The notes under the pieces are model-generated. The model saw only the letters and a program-made list of their open reading frames with translations, had not been told where the DNA came from and did not search any database. A program made the translations under genes and the position numbers. Source: Candidatus Cloacimonadales bacterium (lineage in GTDB: Bacteria; Cloacimonadota; Cloacimonadia; Cloacimonadales; JAIOQZ01). Taken from it: a stretch of 64,000 nt of DNA. The stretch lies in contig OY771587.1 in assembly GCA_963674825.1 (NCBI GenBank), forward strand, positions 1,824,001-1,888,000. Direction: 5' to 3'. Positions 36,999-47,115 of the stretch are shown in pieces (position 1 is the stretch's first letter; each line of letters starts with the position of its first letter).

Positions 36999-38441
36999 TC
37001 ATAGGTCGTTTCCACAGTATGAGAGGTTAAAGCTTTTATTGCAGACTGGGAAATCGGAAATCCCGTTATTGCGTACAGCGAGCGCCAGCGCCATCCAGTT
37101 GTGGAATGATGGATCGTAAATCCGGTACGATACGGTTGCACCTTGCTTGTCAGTGCGGATCAGATGCACAATCTCACCTCGCCAGCCTTCGACGATCGAA
37201 GCCCCGATGACATCGTGTTTCGGTTCTGGAAGTTCAGGGGTGTGGGCTGGAGTATCGGGGAGGTCGGAAAGTAGCTGAGTGCAGAAATCGATGGATTGCA
37301 GGCACTCTTTATATCGCAGGAAAGCGCGTGCGTAGACGTCTCCCTGCGGCAATACGACTGAATCGGGGAAAGACTCGTACGGTGCGAACGGATACGCCTT
37401 GCGTGCATCGCGAAGAACTCCGCCGCTTCGTGCTGCCATGCCCACGAAATGGAGATCGCGGATCGAATCGGACGAGACATGCCCGGTTCCATCGAAACGA
37501 GAGAGTACGCCGGAATCATTGAACAGCGCTGTTCCCATGACGCGGATATCTTCGCGTATGGTGGCGAGCAGCTTGATCATGTATTTGTTCTTCTCGTTGC
37601 TGATGCCGTAATTAATGCCACCCGGACAGAGCCAGCGCTTCCCGAAACGACTTCCGCAGACATGCAGCGACAGGTTGATCACCTTGGTTCGAACGGCGGC
37701 GAAGTAATTCAATCCTGTAAGATGAGCGATGTCGCCAGCCAGGGCCGAGAGATCGGCCAGATGCATGGCTGTGCGCTCCATCTCCAGCGCGGTAGCCCGA
37801 ACACGCTGAACTTCATCCGGAACCTCCACGCCGCAGAGCGCTTCAACCGCACGGCAATAGGCCAGCCCGTGCCCGATAGCTGTATCTCCGGCGATGGCTT
37901 CGGCTAAATGTATCTTGCCGCGAATGTCTCCGGCTTCGAGCAGCTTGCGGATTCCGCGATGCTGATATCCAAGCTGGATCTCCAGATGATGGACATCTTC
38001 ACCTTCACACAGGAAGCGGAATTGCCCCGGCTCGATAACACCGGCGTGCACAGGCCCTACGGCCACTTCATGCATCGATTCGGATTGCGCTGTAAGGAAC
38101 GGATGATCCTTGAGGATCAATTCGGGATGGTCGTGTGGATATCGAACCGGCTTCAACCATGGATGCGATTCCGGGATCAGCCCGGTCTCTTCCCAAAGCT
38201 CGCGTTCGTACATATGAAACTCGCTCGATAGCGCTATCAGGCTGGGATACGATTTCCCCTCCGGAAAAGTAAAACGCATCAGATCGAGCTTGTGCGTGTT
38301 ATCGTTGCCCATCAGGCAAACAAGGCTCCTATCGGCGTCAGCATAGAATGCGAGTGGCCGGTAGCCATTTTCGAGGGCGCGTCGGATACTGCCATGCAGA
38401 TCGGTCTTCGCCTCTGGTGTAGCAAACAGGAATGGATTCAT
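36999..38441 (-). CDS. NuoC/D (HycE-like) large subunit lacking NiFe ligands (EhrL-like)
   Basis: VGPVHAGVIEPGQFRF, LGYQHRG, EGWRGE, DPSFHNW; AEAIAGD in place of RxCGxC and DFPVCNKSFNLSYCG in place of DPCxxC. Confidence 0.88.
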   Translation of the reverse strand: MNPFLFATPEAKTDLHGSIRRALENGYRPLAFYADADRSLVCLMGNDNTHKLDLMRFTFPEGKSYPSLIALSSEFHMYERELWEETGLIPESHPWLKPVRYPHDHPELILKDHPFLTAQSESMHEVAVGPVHAGVIEPGQFRFLCEGEDVHHLEIQLGYQHRGIRKLLEAGDIRGKIHLAEAIAGDTAIGHGLAYCRAVEALCGVEVPDEVQRVRATALEMERTAMHLADLSALAGDIAHLTGLNYFAAVRTKVINLSLHVCGSRFGKRWLCPGGINYGISNEKNKYMIKLLATIREDIRVMGTALFNDSGVLSRFDGTGHVSSDSIRDLHFVGMAARSGGVLRDARKAYPFAPYESFPDSVVLPQGDVYARAFLRYKECLQSIDFCTQLLSDLPDTPAHTPELPEPKHDVIGASIVEGWRGEIVHLIRTDKQGATVSYRIYDPSFHNWMALALAVRNNGISDFPVCNKSFNLSYCGNDL

Positions 38442-38594
38442 TTTACTCCCGTTACGTCAAATATTCCGCGAAAATGAAATGCTCCATTTTCGTCTCCCCG
38501 GCGCCCATCTTCTGCGCGCGTTTTCAATGTCAAGAAGTTTACATGTCAGAAATAGATGATAATTGTATGAAATTTATTCATGTATTGGTCAAGC

Positions 38595-38633
38595 AAAAAG
38601 AAAAGCCTGCTCCAGCGAACCGGAACAGGCTTT
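38595..38633 (-). terminator. Intrinsic terminator after the C25 peptidase
   Basis: AAAGCCTG...CAGGCTTT inverted repeat with an A-run on the + strand (U-tract on minus). Confidence 0.65.
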
Positions 38634-38650
38634 ATGATCGTATAGTTAGC

Positions 38651-41600
38651 TTATTTCATCATCAGCATTTTACGGATGGAATCCGTATCGCCGATGCGGG
38701 TTTTATAGAAATAAACACCGCTGGAAACGTTGCGACCGTAGTTGTCGTCACCGTTCCATACGACATTGTGCATACCGGAATCGAGCCGGTCATTGAGGAG
38801 CGTCTTAACCTTTTGTCCCTTGATATTATAGATATCGATGGTGACAGGTGTATTAGGGCTCTTCACTGAGAAGTTGATCGTGGTGGTCGGGTTGAACGGG
38901 TTCGGGCTGTTGCCGAAAACCTTATCCGTGAACACCGGTGGTTCTTCTTCCGCTTCCATTCCACTGGTGATCGCCGCCATAGGCAGAAGTGCCAGCGTAT
39001 TGAACGGGTCGTTGCTGGTGAGTTCCGCGTATGCGGAGAAGTCGCCTTCCTCGGATGGAGCGAAGGTGATCTGGAAAGTCGCCATACCCATCGGGACGAC
39101 GCTGAAGCTGACCAGATTGCGTTCTGCGCGCATAGCCGAACCATTGCGTGAAGTCTGGGTGATGCTGAACGCTTCAGGCACTTCGATCGTACCGATCAGA
39201 TCGACTTCACCGACGTTGAAGAGGCTAAGTGAGCGAGAACTGGATTCGCCAACTTCAACCACACCGAAATCGAGCTGTGAGCTACCCAGCATGAGTCCGG
39301 GAACTTCTTCCGCTGCGAAAGCAGGGAAGGATATATTGTCGATCCAGGCGCAGTCGGAGCCGTCATCCATATAGACGTCTTTGCTGTAGGTCCAGGTGAA
39401 GGTGTGGATACCGGCATCGACAGCGTACGCTGACAGAGACCACGCGACTTCGCCATCCCAGCGTCCCATTTCTTCGCCGTCGATAGCAAAGAACATGAAG
39501 TCATAGTTATTGGCGGAGTCATCTTCGCAGGAGACCTTCTTGTAGAAGCTGACAGTACCGTCCATGAGGACGTTGAGCGTAACTTCGAGGGTGGTTTCCT
39601 GGTTGCCGTTGATATTGCCCGAACGAGCGCTGTACTGGCCTTCATAAGATTCGCTGGCAGTAATGAACCAATCGGCATTACCGGATGAATCCCATTCGTA
39701 TCCGCTGAAATCGCCATTCTCGAATCCTTCCAGAATCTCGCCGATCATGACGATGAACGAATCGTTGAACTCGATTCCGTTATCGCCGTCGATTTCGACG
39801 GTGAAGAGTCCGAGATAACCTTCGGTCGCATTTTCGCTTACTGTAACCGGAAGCGTGATATAATCCTGCGCTCCGGGCGTGAGTTGCGTGATTGTTCCGC
39901 TGTTGTTGTCGAATGAAATGATAGGATTGACGGTGACTATCTCGAGGTTGAGGTTGTTGGCTGTTGCACCGCCGTCGTTGGTGACATAGAGTCTAAGTTC
40001 GGCAGTTTCACCCGGTTCGAGAACCCCGTCGTTATCGTCATCGACTTCAACGCCTGTGAACATGAGTTCCGGTGCGTAGGCAATGCCGTTCATCTGTACA
40101 GTCCAGTTATTATCACCAGCTGAGATAAGTCCGCTGAGATTGAACTCGAATCCATTTGGGACGTTCTGCGACACGGTGAAGCTGAAGGCGTCCTCGAGGG
40201 TGACGCTTTCGCCGGCAGCCATATTCCCGATGGTCTCGGTGTTGTCGGTCAGCTCGATGTGCTGGCCCATGTAGGAGAGGCTCATCGAAGCATCGGACGC
40301 AGCCTGCTGCCCCATGTTCAGTAGGGTGACGGAGACAGAGACTTCTTCGCCAAATTCGATCACGTTATCGTCGCCTGCATCGAACGTAAAACCATCGATA
40401 ATGATGAACGGTTCGTCGGAGGCAACGATTGGGATCTGACCCTGGTGGATCAGGTAGTTATGAGCAGAGATGGTAATGTCGATCATGCCTGTGTTTTCAA
40501 GCGGTGAGCTGAAGTTGATGGTAGCGTTACCGTTTGCATCGGCGATCTGTGTGTCGATCGGTTCTCCATCCAGCGAAACACCGATCATTGCGCCAGCGAT
40601 ACCGGTCTGAACTTCAAATTGCATTGCACTGATGGGAATTCCGCTAGGATAGACAGGGTTCATGGTTTCGGCTTCGGCAGTCCAAAGCTCCAGTGTGGGA
40701 TCGCCAAAAACATTCAGTTCGTACACCGTCCAGCGGAACCAGGCATCGTTAACGCTCTGGTTAGCGCCGTCGATCTTGGAATCGTTGTTGGCGTCGGAAA
40801 CACGGTAGATCTCTTCAGCGAAAAGCGCGTCGTAGAACTGACGATCGAGGTACTGCGAGCTGGCGTTGGTTCCACCCGGCATGTACCAGCCATAGCGGGA
40901 ATTGCCCACATACACGGCGCATCCGTTGGCAATGGTGGTGAATTTTTCAGCGATACTATCGTTATAATCGAACGATGCCGAGTAACAACCCTGGGAATAG
41001 ATCTGGAAGTAGTTGTGGGTGATACCGTTAGCGGTAAGGTTGTTGTTGGTGACATCGCTGAGATAGAATTTCATGTTGTAGTCGGTGTTGGAGTGACCGA
41101 GGTGGTTGATCAGGTTAAGGCCGCCGTTCATCGCGTTCTGCAGATCGCTGCGTGACCAGTAACCATCGCGTTCGTAGAGTGTGTCAATGTTGAAGTTATC
41201 GGAGATGCCGGTAGTCGAGTATCCGTCATAAGTACCGCCATTGACTATTTGATCCTTGTAGTTGCCACCATAGGTGTATGGGTTGTCGTTGAGCTCTTCG
41301 CCGACCATCAGTGCGTTATCAAGCTCGTCCACAACCGGGTTGAGCTGATACATCACCTGTTTGTGCACGGCAGCGTCAAATTCGCTGTCGTTCTGCGCAG
41401 AGATACGGGCAACTGCCACTTCTGGTAAAAAGTCGGCTTCGTCTACTTCGCCCCAGTAGTTATCGTTATCGGTATTCCAGTCCGGACCAGTACCTACGCC
41501 ATTACGATCGAGCGCAGAGTAATAGAGATCGGACGGGATGGCTGTATCGGTTGTGCTTCCTGCCTGGACATAGAATCCACGATAGGGGACGATATTGACA

Positions 41601-42460
41601 TCGCCACCAAGCAGGAAGTAGCTTGAGCTGTATTCTTCGTAGCAGTACTCGATAAAGTTACGGATTTTGTCACCATTATCGACGCCATCGTAGGTACTGT
41701 AAATTTCGTCAACAGTCATTACGATAGGATTGAACCCCTGCTCACTCTTTAGTTCGATGAGCGGTTCAAAATTATCGACATAGTCTTCATCGGTGATGAT
41801 AACCAGAAGGTGCACTTCGGTGCGGTCGCGGGTCTGCATCGGGTATTGCATCAGCATGTGCTGATTCTGAACCATGCTGGATACGAACTTCTGAGTCTGC
41901 TCGTCCGCGCGGAAGAAATGATCGAAGGCATCTTGTGCCTGTTGATCATGGCTGGTCTCGATACGAACAGTCATGTCGGGATAATAGACAATCCGTTGTT
42001 CCGATGCGATATACTGAACCGGATAGACATTCACCAGCGCGATGGAGTGACCACGATAGTATTGCGTGGAGAGTCCTTCATAGAGGCTGGATGGGTAGGC
42101 CTCAGCGGAAGCGTATTGTGCGGCGTTTGGTTGAGTGAACGTCGCGGTATCACTTTGGCTGATCGGAACGGGGGTCTGGCAGGGATAGAGCATGAATTGG
42201 CCATCTATCTCCACGGGTTCGCCTGTTTCGATCACAACCGAGATCGCTTTCTCTCCTGGAGGAATAAGCAAGGATACCGGCAGCGATGGAAGCTGAGGCA
42301 TGCCCGGTTTGGTTAGATAAATTCCACCGTCGATCTGTACTCGCTGGTACGAATCGATACGGAGAATGTCGGGTCGTTGATTTTGGATTGGCTGCTCGAC
42401 TACCGTCGCGAAAAGCGGCAGCGTGGCTATGAGCAGGATCAATATGATGCTTTTTCTCAT
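38651..42460 (-). CDS. Gingipain-like C25 cysteine peptidase: signal, propeptide, catalytic domain, Ig-like repeats, FlgD-Ig/T9SS-type C-terminal domain
   Basis: Propeptide PGMPQLP...LLIPPG; YFLLGGD, SDLYY, VARI; catalytic NHLGHS and QGCYS; VFGDP; C-terminal NSPNPFNPTTTINF...IYNIKGQKV...SSGVYFY...RKMLMMK. Confidence 0.92.
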   Translation of the reverse strand: MRKSIILILLIATLPLFATVVEQPIQNQRPDILRIDSYQRVQIDGGIYLTKPGMPQLPSLPVSLLIPPGEKAISVVIETGEPVEIDGQFMLYPCQTPVPISQSDTATFTQPNAAQYASAEAYPSSLYEGLSTQYYRGHSIALVNVYPVQYIASEQRIVYYPDMTVRIETSHDQQAQDAFDHFFRADEQTQKFVSSMVQNQHMLMQYPMQTRDRTEVHLLVIITDEDYVDNFEPLIELKSEQGFNPIVMTVDEIYSTYDGVDNGDKIRNFIEYCYEEYSSSYFLLGGDVNIVPYRGFYVQAGSTTDTAIPSDLYYSALDRNGVGTGPDWNTDNDNYWGEVDEADFLPEVAVARISAQNDSEFDAAVHKQVMYQLNPVVDELDNALMVGEELNDNPYTYGGNYKDQIVNGGTYDGYSTTGISDNFNIDTLYERDGYWSRSDLQNAMNGGLNLINHLGHSNTDYNMKFYLSDVTNNNLTANGITHNYFQIYSQGCYSASFDYNDSIAEKFTTIANGCAVYVGNSRYGWYMPGGTNASSQYLDRQFYDALFAEEIYRVSDANNDSKIDGANQSVNDAWFRWTVYELNVFGDPTLELWTAEAETMNPVYPSGIPISAMQFEVQTGIAGAMIGVSLDGEPIDTQIADANGNATINFSSPLENTGMIDITISAHNYLIHQGQIPIVASDEPFIIIDGFTFDAGDDNVIEFGEEVSVSVTLLNMGQQAASDASMSLSYMGQHIELTDNTETIGNMAAGESVTLEDAFSFTVSQNVPNGFEFNLSGLISAGDNNWTVQMNGIAYAPELMFTGVEVDDDNDGVLEPGETAELRLYVTNDGGATANNLNLEIVTVNPIISFDNNSGTITQLTPGAQDYITLPVTVSENATEGYLGLFTVEIDGDNGIEFNDSFIVMIGEILEGFENGDFSGYEWDSSGNADWFITASESYEGQYSARSGNINGNQETTLEVTLNVLMDGTVSFYKKVSCEDDSANNYDFMFFAIDGEEMGRWDGEVAWSLSAYAVDAGIHTFTWTYSKDVYMDDGSDCAWIDNISFPAFAAEEVPGLMLGSSQLDFGVVEVGESSSRSLSLFNVGEVDLIGTIEVPEAFSITQTSRNGSAMRAERNLVSFSVVPMGMATFQITFAPSEEGDFSAYAELTSNDPFNTLALLPMAAITSGMEAEEEPPVFTDKVFGNSPNPFNPTTTINFSVKSPNTPVTIDIYNIKGQKVKTLLNDRLDSGMHNVVWNGDDNYGRNVSSGVYFYKTRIGDTDSIRKMLMMK

Positions 42461-42554
42461 GGGACCTTCCTTTGTGTATTCTTCTTCTATACTTCTTCTT
42501 CTACGTAATTAATATAGATCATGCAAGATTCGTTCCTCTGAAGGCAGTTTCAGT

Positions 42555-42583
42555 TTGACAGCCGAACGCATAGCTATTATCAT
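42555..42583 (+). promoter_or_regulatory. Sigma70-type promoter of mntP, probably giving a leaderless mRNA
   Basis: TTGACA (42555-60), 17 nt, TATCAT (42578-83); ATG is the 7th base after the -10; no SD. Confidence 0.65.
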
Positions 42584-42589
42584 GCTCTT

Positions 42590-43150
42590 ATGAGCTTGAT
42601 AACGATGTTTATTATCGCTTTGGGACTTTCGATGGATGCGTTTGCGGTATCCATGAGTAACGGTCTGTCTTTGAAGTGCTTTCGGATCCGCTCCGCGACG
42701 ATTATAGCAATATTCTATGGCGGATTCCAGGCCTTGATGCCCGTTCTGGGCTGGCTTGCAGGACGGGGACTTCAGAGCATTCTGAGCCGCTTTGCCCCCT
42801 GGATTGCTTTCGGATTGCTTCTGTTCATCGGCGCGAAGATGATCTACGAGGCGCACTTCCTGAAAGAGGAAGAATCAAAGAGCTGCAATCCCGAAAAGTT
42901 GCTTGTAGTCTTTACCCTGGCGATCGCCACGAGTATCGATGCGCTTGCTGTAGGATTCAGCCTGGCGATGCTGGACCAATCGATATTGGTTCCGATTCTG
43001 ATCATTGGACTGGTGACATTCGTCCTTTCATACCTTGGCGTGTGGTTGGGTAATCGATTTGGAAGCAGGTTCGGAAACAAGATCGAGATACTCGGCGGTG
43101 TGATCCTGATCGGCATCGGTGTCAAGATACTGCTTCAGGCAATCTTGTAA
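42590..43150 (+). CDS. mntP: Manganese efflux pump MntP
   Basis: ALGLSMDAFAVS, GGFQALMP, AIATSIDALAVG, EILGGVILIGIG. Confidence 0.93.
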   Translation: MSLITMFIIALGLSMDAFAVSMSNGLSLKCFRIRSATIIAIFYGGFQALMPVLGWLAGRGLQSILSRFAPWIAFGLLLFIGAKMIYEAHFLKEEESKSCNPEKLLVVFTLAIATSIDALAVGFSLAMLDQSILVPILIIGLVTFVLSYLGVWLGNRFGSRFGNKIEILGGVILIGIGVKILLQAIL

Positions 43151-43156
43151 CCCTTA

Positions 43157-44215
43157 TTACCGCTTCTCGTAATTCTTCTCGATCCAGTTCTTGTATTCAC
43201 CTGTGCGGATATTATCGATCCACTGCGTGTTCTGCAGGTACCATCTAACCGTGTTCTTCATCCCTTCGCGGAAATCGACCGACGGCTCCCAGTCAAGCTC
43301 TCTCTTGATCTTCGCACAATCAATCGCGTATCGCTGATCGTGTCCGGGCCTGTCTTTAACGAAGGTAATCAGTTTCTTGTAAGTATCCGGGGCGAGCTGC
43401 TTCTCTTCGGCGACAAGTTCGCAAAGGATATGCACCAGATCGAGGTTTTTTTTCTCGCTGTTTCCGCCGATGTTGTAGGTCTCGCCGCGTCTGCCACGCT
43501 GCGCGACTTCCCAGATAGCTACACAGTGATCGCGTACGAAGAGCCAGTCACGCACATTGGAGCCATCGCCGTAAACGGGAAGTGGTTTGCCTTCGAGCAT
43601 ATTCATGATCATCAGCGGGATCAGCTTCTCTGGGAACTGGTATGGGCCGTAATTATTGGAGCAATTGGAAAGGGTGATGGGTAGTCCATAGGTGTGGAAA
43701 TAGGCTTTTACAAGGTGGTCGGACGACGCTTTTGAGGCGGAGTATGGGCTGCGCGGATCGTACGCGGTATCCTCTCGGAAGAGACCGGTATCGCCCAGGC
43801 TGCCGTAAACTTCATCGGTGGATACATGATGGAAGACCACATCGTCGCGATCTTTCCAGATGCTTCGAGCGGCTTCAAGCAGGTTGAAGGTTCCGTTGAT
43901 GTTGGTAGTGATAAAATCCTTGGGACCGAAGATGGAGCGATCGACATGGGTTTCGGCAGCGAAGTGGATAACGGTATCGGGCTGGTATTGCTCGAACACC
44001 TGCATGACCTTCTCGCTGTCCGCGATATCGACCTTTTCGAACCGGTAACGTTCCGGGAAGCGCTCTGCGATCTCGGAAAGGTTCAGTGGGTTTCCGGCGT
44101 AGGTGAGTTTATCGAGGTTGAGTATTGTGCCGTTGAAATCCGATAAGCTGAAAAGATAATGGATAAAATTTGAACCGATGAAACCGGCGCCGCCGGTGAT
44201 GAGGATCTTCTTCAA
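43157..44215 (-). CDS. rfbB: dTDP-glucose 4,6-dehydratase (likely TTG start at 44215)
   Basis: RBS GGAGG; ITGGAGFIGSN, DKLTYAGN, HFAAETHVDRSI, STDEVYG, YSASK, DRPGHDQRY. Confidence 0.95.
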   Translation of the reverse strand: MKKILITGGAGFIGSNFIHYLFSLSDFNGTILNLDKLTYAGNPLNLSEIAERFPERYRFEKVDIADSEKVMQVFEQYQPDTVIHFAAETHVDRSIFGPKDFITTNINGTFNLLEAARSIWKDRDDVVFHHVSTDEVYGSLGDTGLFREDTAYDPRSPYSASKASSDHLVKAYFHTYGLPITLSNCSNNYGPYQFPEKLIPLMIMNMLEGKPLPVYGDGSNVRDWLFVRDHCVAIWEVAQRGRRGETYNIGGNSEKKNLDLVHILCELVAEEKQLAPDTYKKLITFVKDRPGHDQRYAIDCAKIKRELDWEPSVDFREGMKNTVRWYLQNTQWIDNIRTGEYKNWIEKNYEKR

Positions 44216-44229
44216 AACAGCCTCCCTTG

Positions 44230-45300
44230 CTACTTGAATCGCAGCTGGTAGTCCGGGTCCTTCGTCATGATCTGCCCGCTGGCAGGATAGTTTTCGATAA
44301 ACCACACCAGAAAAGCCGTAACGTCGATCTTGTCCGCGTAAAGCTTCTGTACTTTCTGGCGGAATTCCGCTTTGCTTTTTGGATTGGTAACGACATCCAG
44401 CGCTTTCTCTAGAACACCTTCAGACGAACGATAGTTCCATATCAAGCCGTAGCCTTTCTCCAGGTCGTCGCAATAGCTTGAGTAGATCGAGTTTACGTAA
44501 AACGCCGGCGTTCCCATGCAGCCGCATTCGGAGGCCATCGAAGCGCCTTCGCCGATGTAGAGGGAACTGTAGTAGAGCGCATCGTGCATCATGTGCGGTG
44601 GAATCTTGATTCGATAGGGTTCGTACTCGGGCGGCAGGTCTGCTTCGCTACTGATGAATACCTTCGCATGCTTCGAAAGTTCCTGGATCAGTTGTGGTTT
44701 ATGCTTGTCCAGGATACCTGATTGTCCTGAATCGTGCGTCGCCTGCCAGGAGACGAATCGCAGGATAACGAAGGGCGTGTTTTCATCGACACCGAGGATA
44801 TCGAGAACAGCGGGATCGGGCTTGAAGTGACTGGGATGTATAAACGCCAGTTCATGCGTACCGTGGTAGCGAATTTGCTTCAAACCGTGGTCACGATGGT
44901 AACTGATCGGGGTAAGAACATACTCGGTTACGGGCATATACAGCTTGATCTGCTCCATATTACCAGTATCTTCCAGAGCAATGTGTGGTTTCCGGTAAAG
45001 GAAAGCGGTGTGCGCTGCATATATTGAACCCATGCTGAGAAACAGATCCGGCTTGAACTTCAGGGCCGTCATGTACAGCATTGTAACATATTTCGCCAGT
45101 CCCCAGATTTTGCCGAATTTGCTGCGATAGCGATTTCCGAAGCATGAATAATCAAGGTTGAATGCCTTGAGAAGGTCTTCAGCAACTTCCTTTTTGCGCG
45201 TGGTGAAAAACAGCTTGTGGCCCCGATCTTTCATCCGGTCAGCAAAGTGGTGGAACAGGTGAACCTGAGCAGGATGCGTTATATCGATCAGAATACGCAC
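44230..45300 (-). CDS. DUF354-family glycosyltransferase-like protein
   Basis: ILIDITHPAQVHLF, YHGTHELAFIHP, LRFVSWQATHD, IGEGASMASE...GTPA. Confidence 0.8.
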   Translation of the reverse strand: MRILIDITHPAQVHLFHHFADRMKDRGHKLFFTTRKKEVAEDLLKAFNLDYSCFGNRYRSKFGKIWGLAKYVTMLYMTALKFKPDLFLSMGSIYAAHTAFLYRKPHIALEDTGNMEQIKLYMPVTEYVLTPISYHRDHGLKQIRYHGTHELAFIHPSHFKPDPAVLDILGVDENTPFVILRFVSWQATHDSGQSGILDKHKPQLIQELSKHAKVFISSEADLPPEYEPYRIKIPPHMMHDALYYSSLYIGEGASMASECGCMGTPAFYVNSIYSSYCDDLEKGYGLIWNYRSSEGVLEKALDVVTNPKSKAEFRQKVQKLYADKIDVTAFLVWFIENYPASGQIMTKDPDYQLRFK

Positions 45301-45309
45301 AGTTTCCTC

Positions 45310-46320
45310 CTAACCCGCATAGCGATACAGAAGTTCTCCAACGATTCGGCAAACGATTGGCGGTGATGACGTTATCACTTTGTGCACCAGACTCATTCTT
45401 CCGGCCTTTCCAAACGAGACGGAGCCCGAAAGGTACGTGTACGTGACATCACTCTCGATCGCTCCCCAGTTGGATTTGAATCGTCGCAATCCTTCATTGT
45501 CCTTTTCGGAAATTCCATAGTCAAGGAACTTGAAGCCATCGTCAAGCGCACGCTTGATTACTTCCCAGAAGAGGATATTGTTGGGACGTAGATTAAGCGC
45601 ATCTCGATGGGAAGCCCCGTATTTATAGACAAGCGTATCTTTGTGCCTCAGGAAGATTGCCGCGGATATCGGCCTTCCCTCGTAAATTGCCAGCGCAATG
45701 AACCCATTGCCGGTTTGCATGAACGCCTTGTGGAGCTGCTTGAAGAAACCTCGTGGCTGTACAGGAAGTCCGTGGAATTTTCTTGTTTCAAGATGGAAAT
45801 CATAGAAGAAATCCATTGCTTTCTCATCCGTATGAATTTGAACGGATAAACCTTCTTTCTCGGCTTTTCGCACACCTCTACGGATTTGAGAATTTGCGTT
45901 GCCGAACAATGTATCGGCGTCTCCGGCCAATTCCAGTACATGCTTGACGTAGCCCTTGTGCAGTCGAGATTCCTCAATGCCGGGAAGCTGACTTCGGGTC
46001 TCGATCTTCGAATAGGACCGACTGTATTTCTCCTGGATGTTCTGCACGAGTATGTCCAGTACGGTGTCGTCATCAGCCAGAGGATTGACATCATCCGAAA
46101 ACGGAAGGCTGACAAGCTTCTTCTTGCCTTTAATGGTCCTGGTGACAAGAAACGGGATAGCAGCCTTAATCCGATCACCTTCGACAATCGCCGGGATAAT
46201 GGGTTTGAATCCATATTGGCGAACCATCAATTCAATCCATCGTCTATCATGGAACACGCAGCTATCGGGATGCTGATCGACGTATTCCTGCCATTGTGGC
46301 AGCGTCAGTTCATGAATCAT
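45310..46320 (-). CDS. FemAB-like GNAT (peptidyl/acyl transferase) protein
   Basis: LVSLPFSD, IRRGVRKAEKEGL, YKYGAS, LRPNNILFWEVI, GLRRFKSNWGA. Confidence 0.85.
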   Translation of the reverse strand: MIHELTLPQWQEYVDQHPDSCVFHDRRWIELMVRQYGFKPIIPAIVEGDRIKAAIPFLVTRTIKGKKKLVSLPFSDDVNPLADDDTVLDILVQNIQEKYSRSYSKIETRSQLPGIEESRLHKGYVKHVLELAGDADTLFGNANSQIRRGVRKAEKEGLSVQIHTDEKAMDFFYDFHLETRKFHGLPVQPRGFFKQLHKAFMQTGNGFIALAIYEGRPISAAIFLRHKDTLVYKYGASHRDALNLRPNNILFWEVIKRALDDGFKFLDYGISEKDNEGLRRFKSNWGAIESDVTYTYLSGSVSFGKAGRMSLVHKVITSSPPIVCRIVGELLYRYAG

Positions 46321-47110
46321 TAATCTCTCCGATCGAATCCTGCTTCTTCATCACAACAAGCTTGATTAGATTCTTAAACGATTGCCAGAGCGACAGTTTG
46401 TGCCACTTCAGCAGGTTGTCTGTCCAGTTGTGCGGATGGATGTTAAGCATTATACGGTTCGGCATTTTACCTGTCTTGATCAGGCTCATAATCTTCGGTA
46501 TTGATCGGACATCCAGATCGAACATTTCTCCGATCCAATCGCGGCGATTGGTTTTCGGATTGTTCCAGCTTCTGCCGGCGTCGGTAAGGTAGAAGAATTT
46601 CTCCAATCGCTCATCGAAATAGGGTTCGGCGATAATACCATAGTGCTTGAATTCGGGTTTTTCGCGATTCCACAACTTTCGGTTGTCCCATTTGGAGTAG
46701 GGAATTCCGTGCATGCATGCGGTTGTAATCTGGTCGATTCCGCGAAGTCGTTCTAAATTCTGTCCAAACGCCTGAATCGCTCGTTTTTTATCGCCGTTGC
46801 AGATTGCGTAATCTTCATAATGATAACCGAGTTCATGCCCAAGATGCACAATTTCATGCAGGATGTCCGGACGATAAACCTGCGGAACAATGCGGGAATA
46901 GAAGGATGAGCGAACACCCAAGCTCTTCTCGAGCCTGGCCATCTCCAGCGCACCTGGCGCATCGCGATCGATGTCATGTCGAAGGATCAGAACGCGCTCG
47001 GGAAGCGCTTCCTCATTCATGGGATAGGTTCTGTAGGGCATGATTACAAAATCGGCCTCAAGAAAAGCTTCCAGAAGTTTTCGATAGGATTGCAGGGTAA
47101 ATTCTTTCAT
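46310..47110 (-). CDS. Polysaccharide deacetylase-like protein
   Basis: LILRHDID, GHELGYHYE, CMHG, YLTDAGRSW, NIHPHNW. Confidence 0.7.
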   Translation of the reverse strand: MKEFTLQSYRKLLEAFLEADFVIMPYRTYPMNEEALPERVLILRHDIDRDAPGALEMARLEKSLGVRSSFYSRIVPQVYRPDILHEIVHLGHELGYHYEDYAICNGDKKRAIQAFGQNLERLRGIDQITTACMHGIPYSKWDNRKLWNREKPEFKHYGIIAEPYFDERLEKFFYLTDAGRSWNNPKTNRRDWIGEMFDLDVRSIPKIMSLIKTGKMPNRIMLNIHPHNWTDNLLKWHKLSLWQSFKNLIKLVVMKKQDSIGEINDS

Positions 47111-47115
47111 AGGTT

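Noticed and set aside
36999..38441. True NiFe hydrogenase or formate hydrogenlyase
   Set aside because: Ni-ligating CxxC motifs are absent and there are no maturation or formate dehydrogenase genes nearby.
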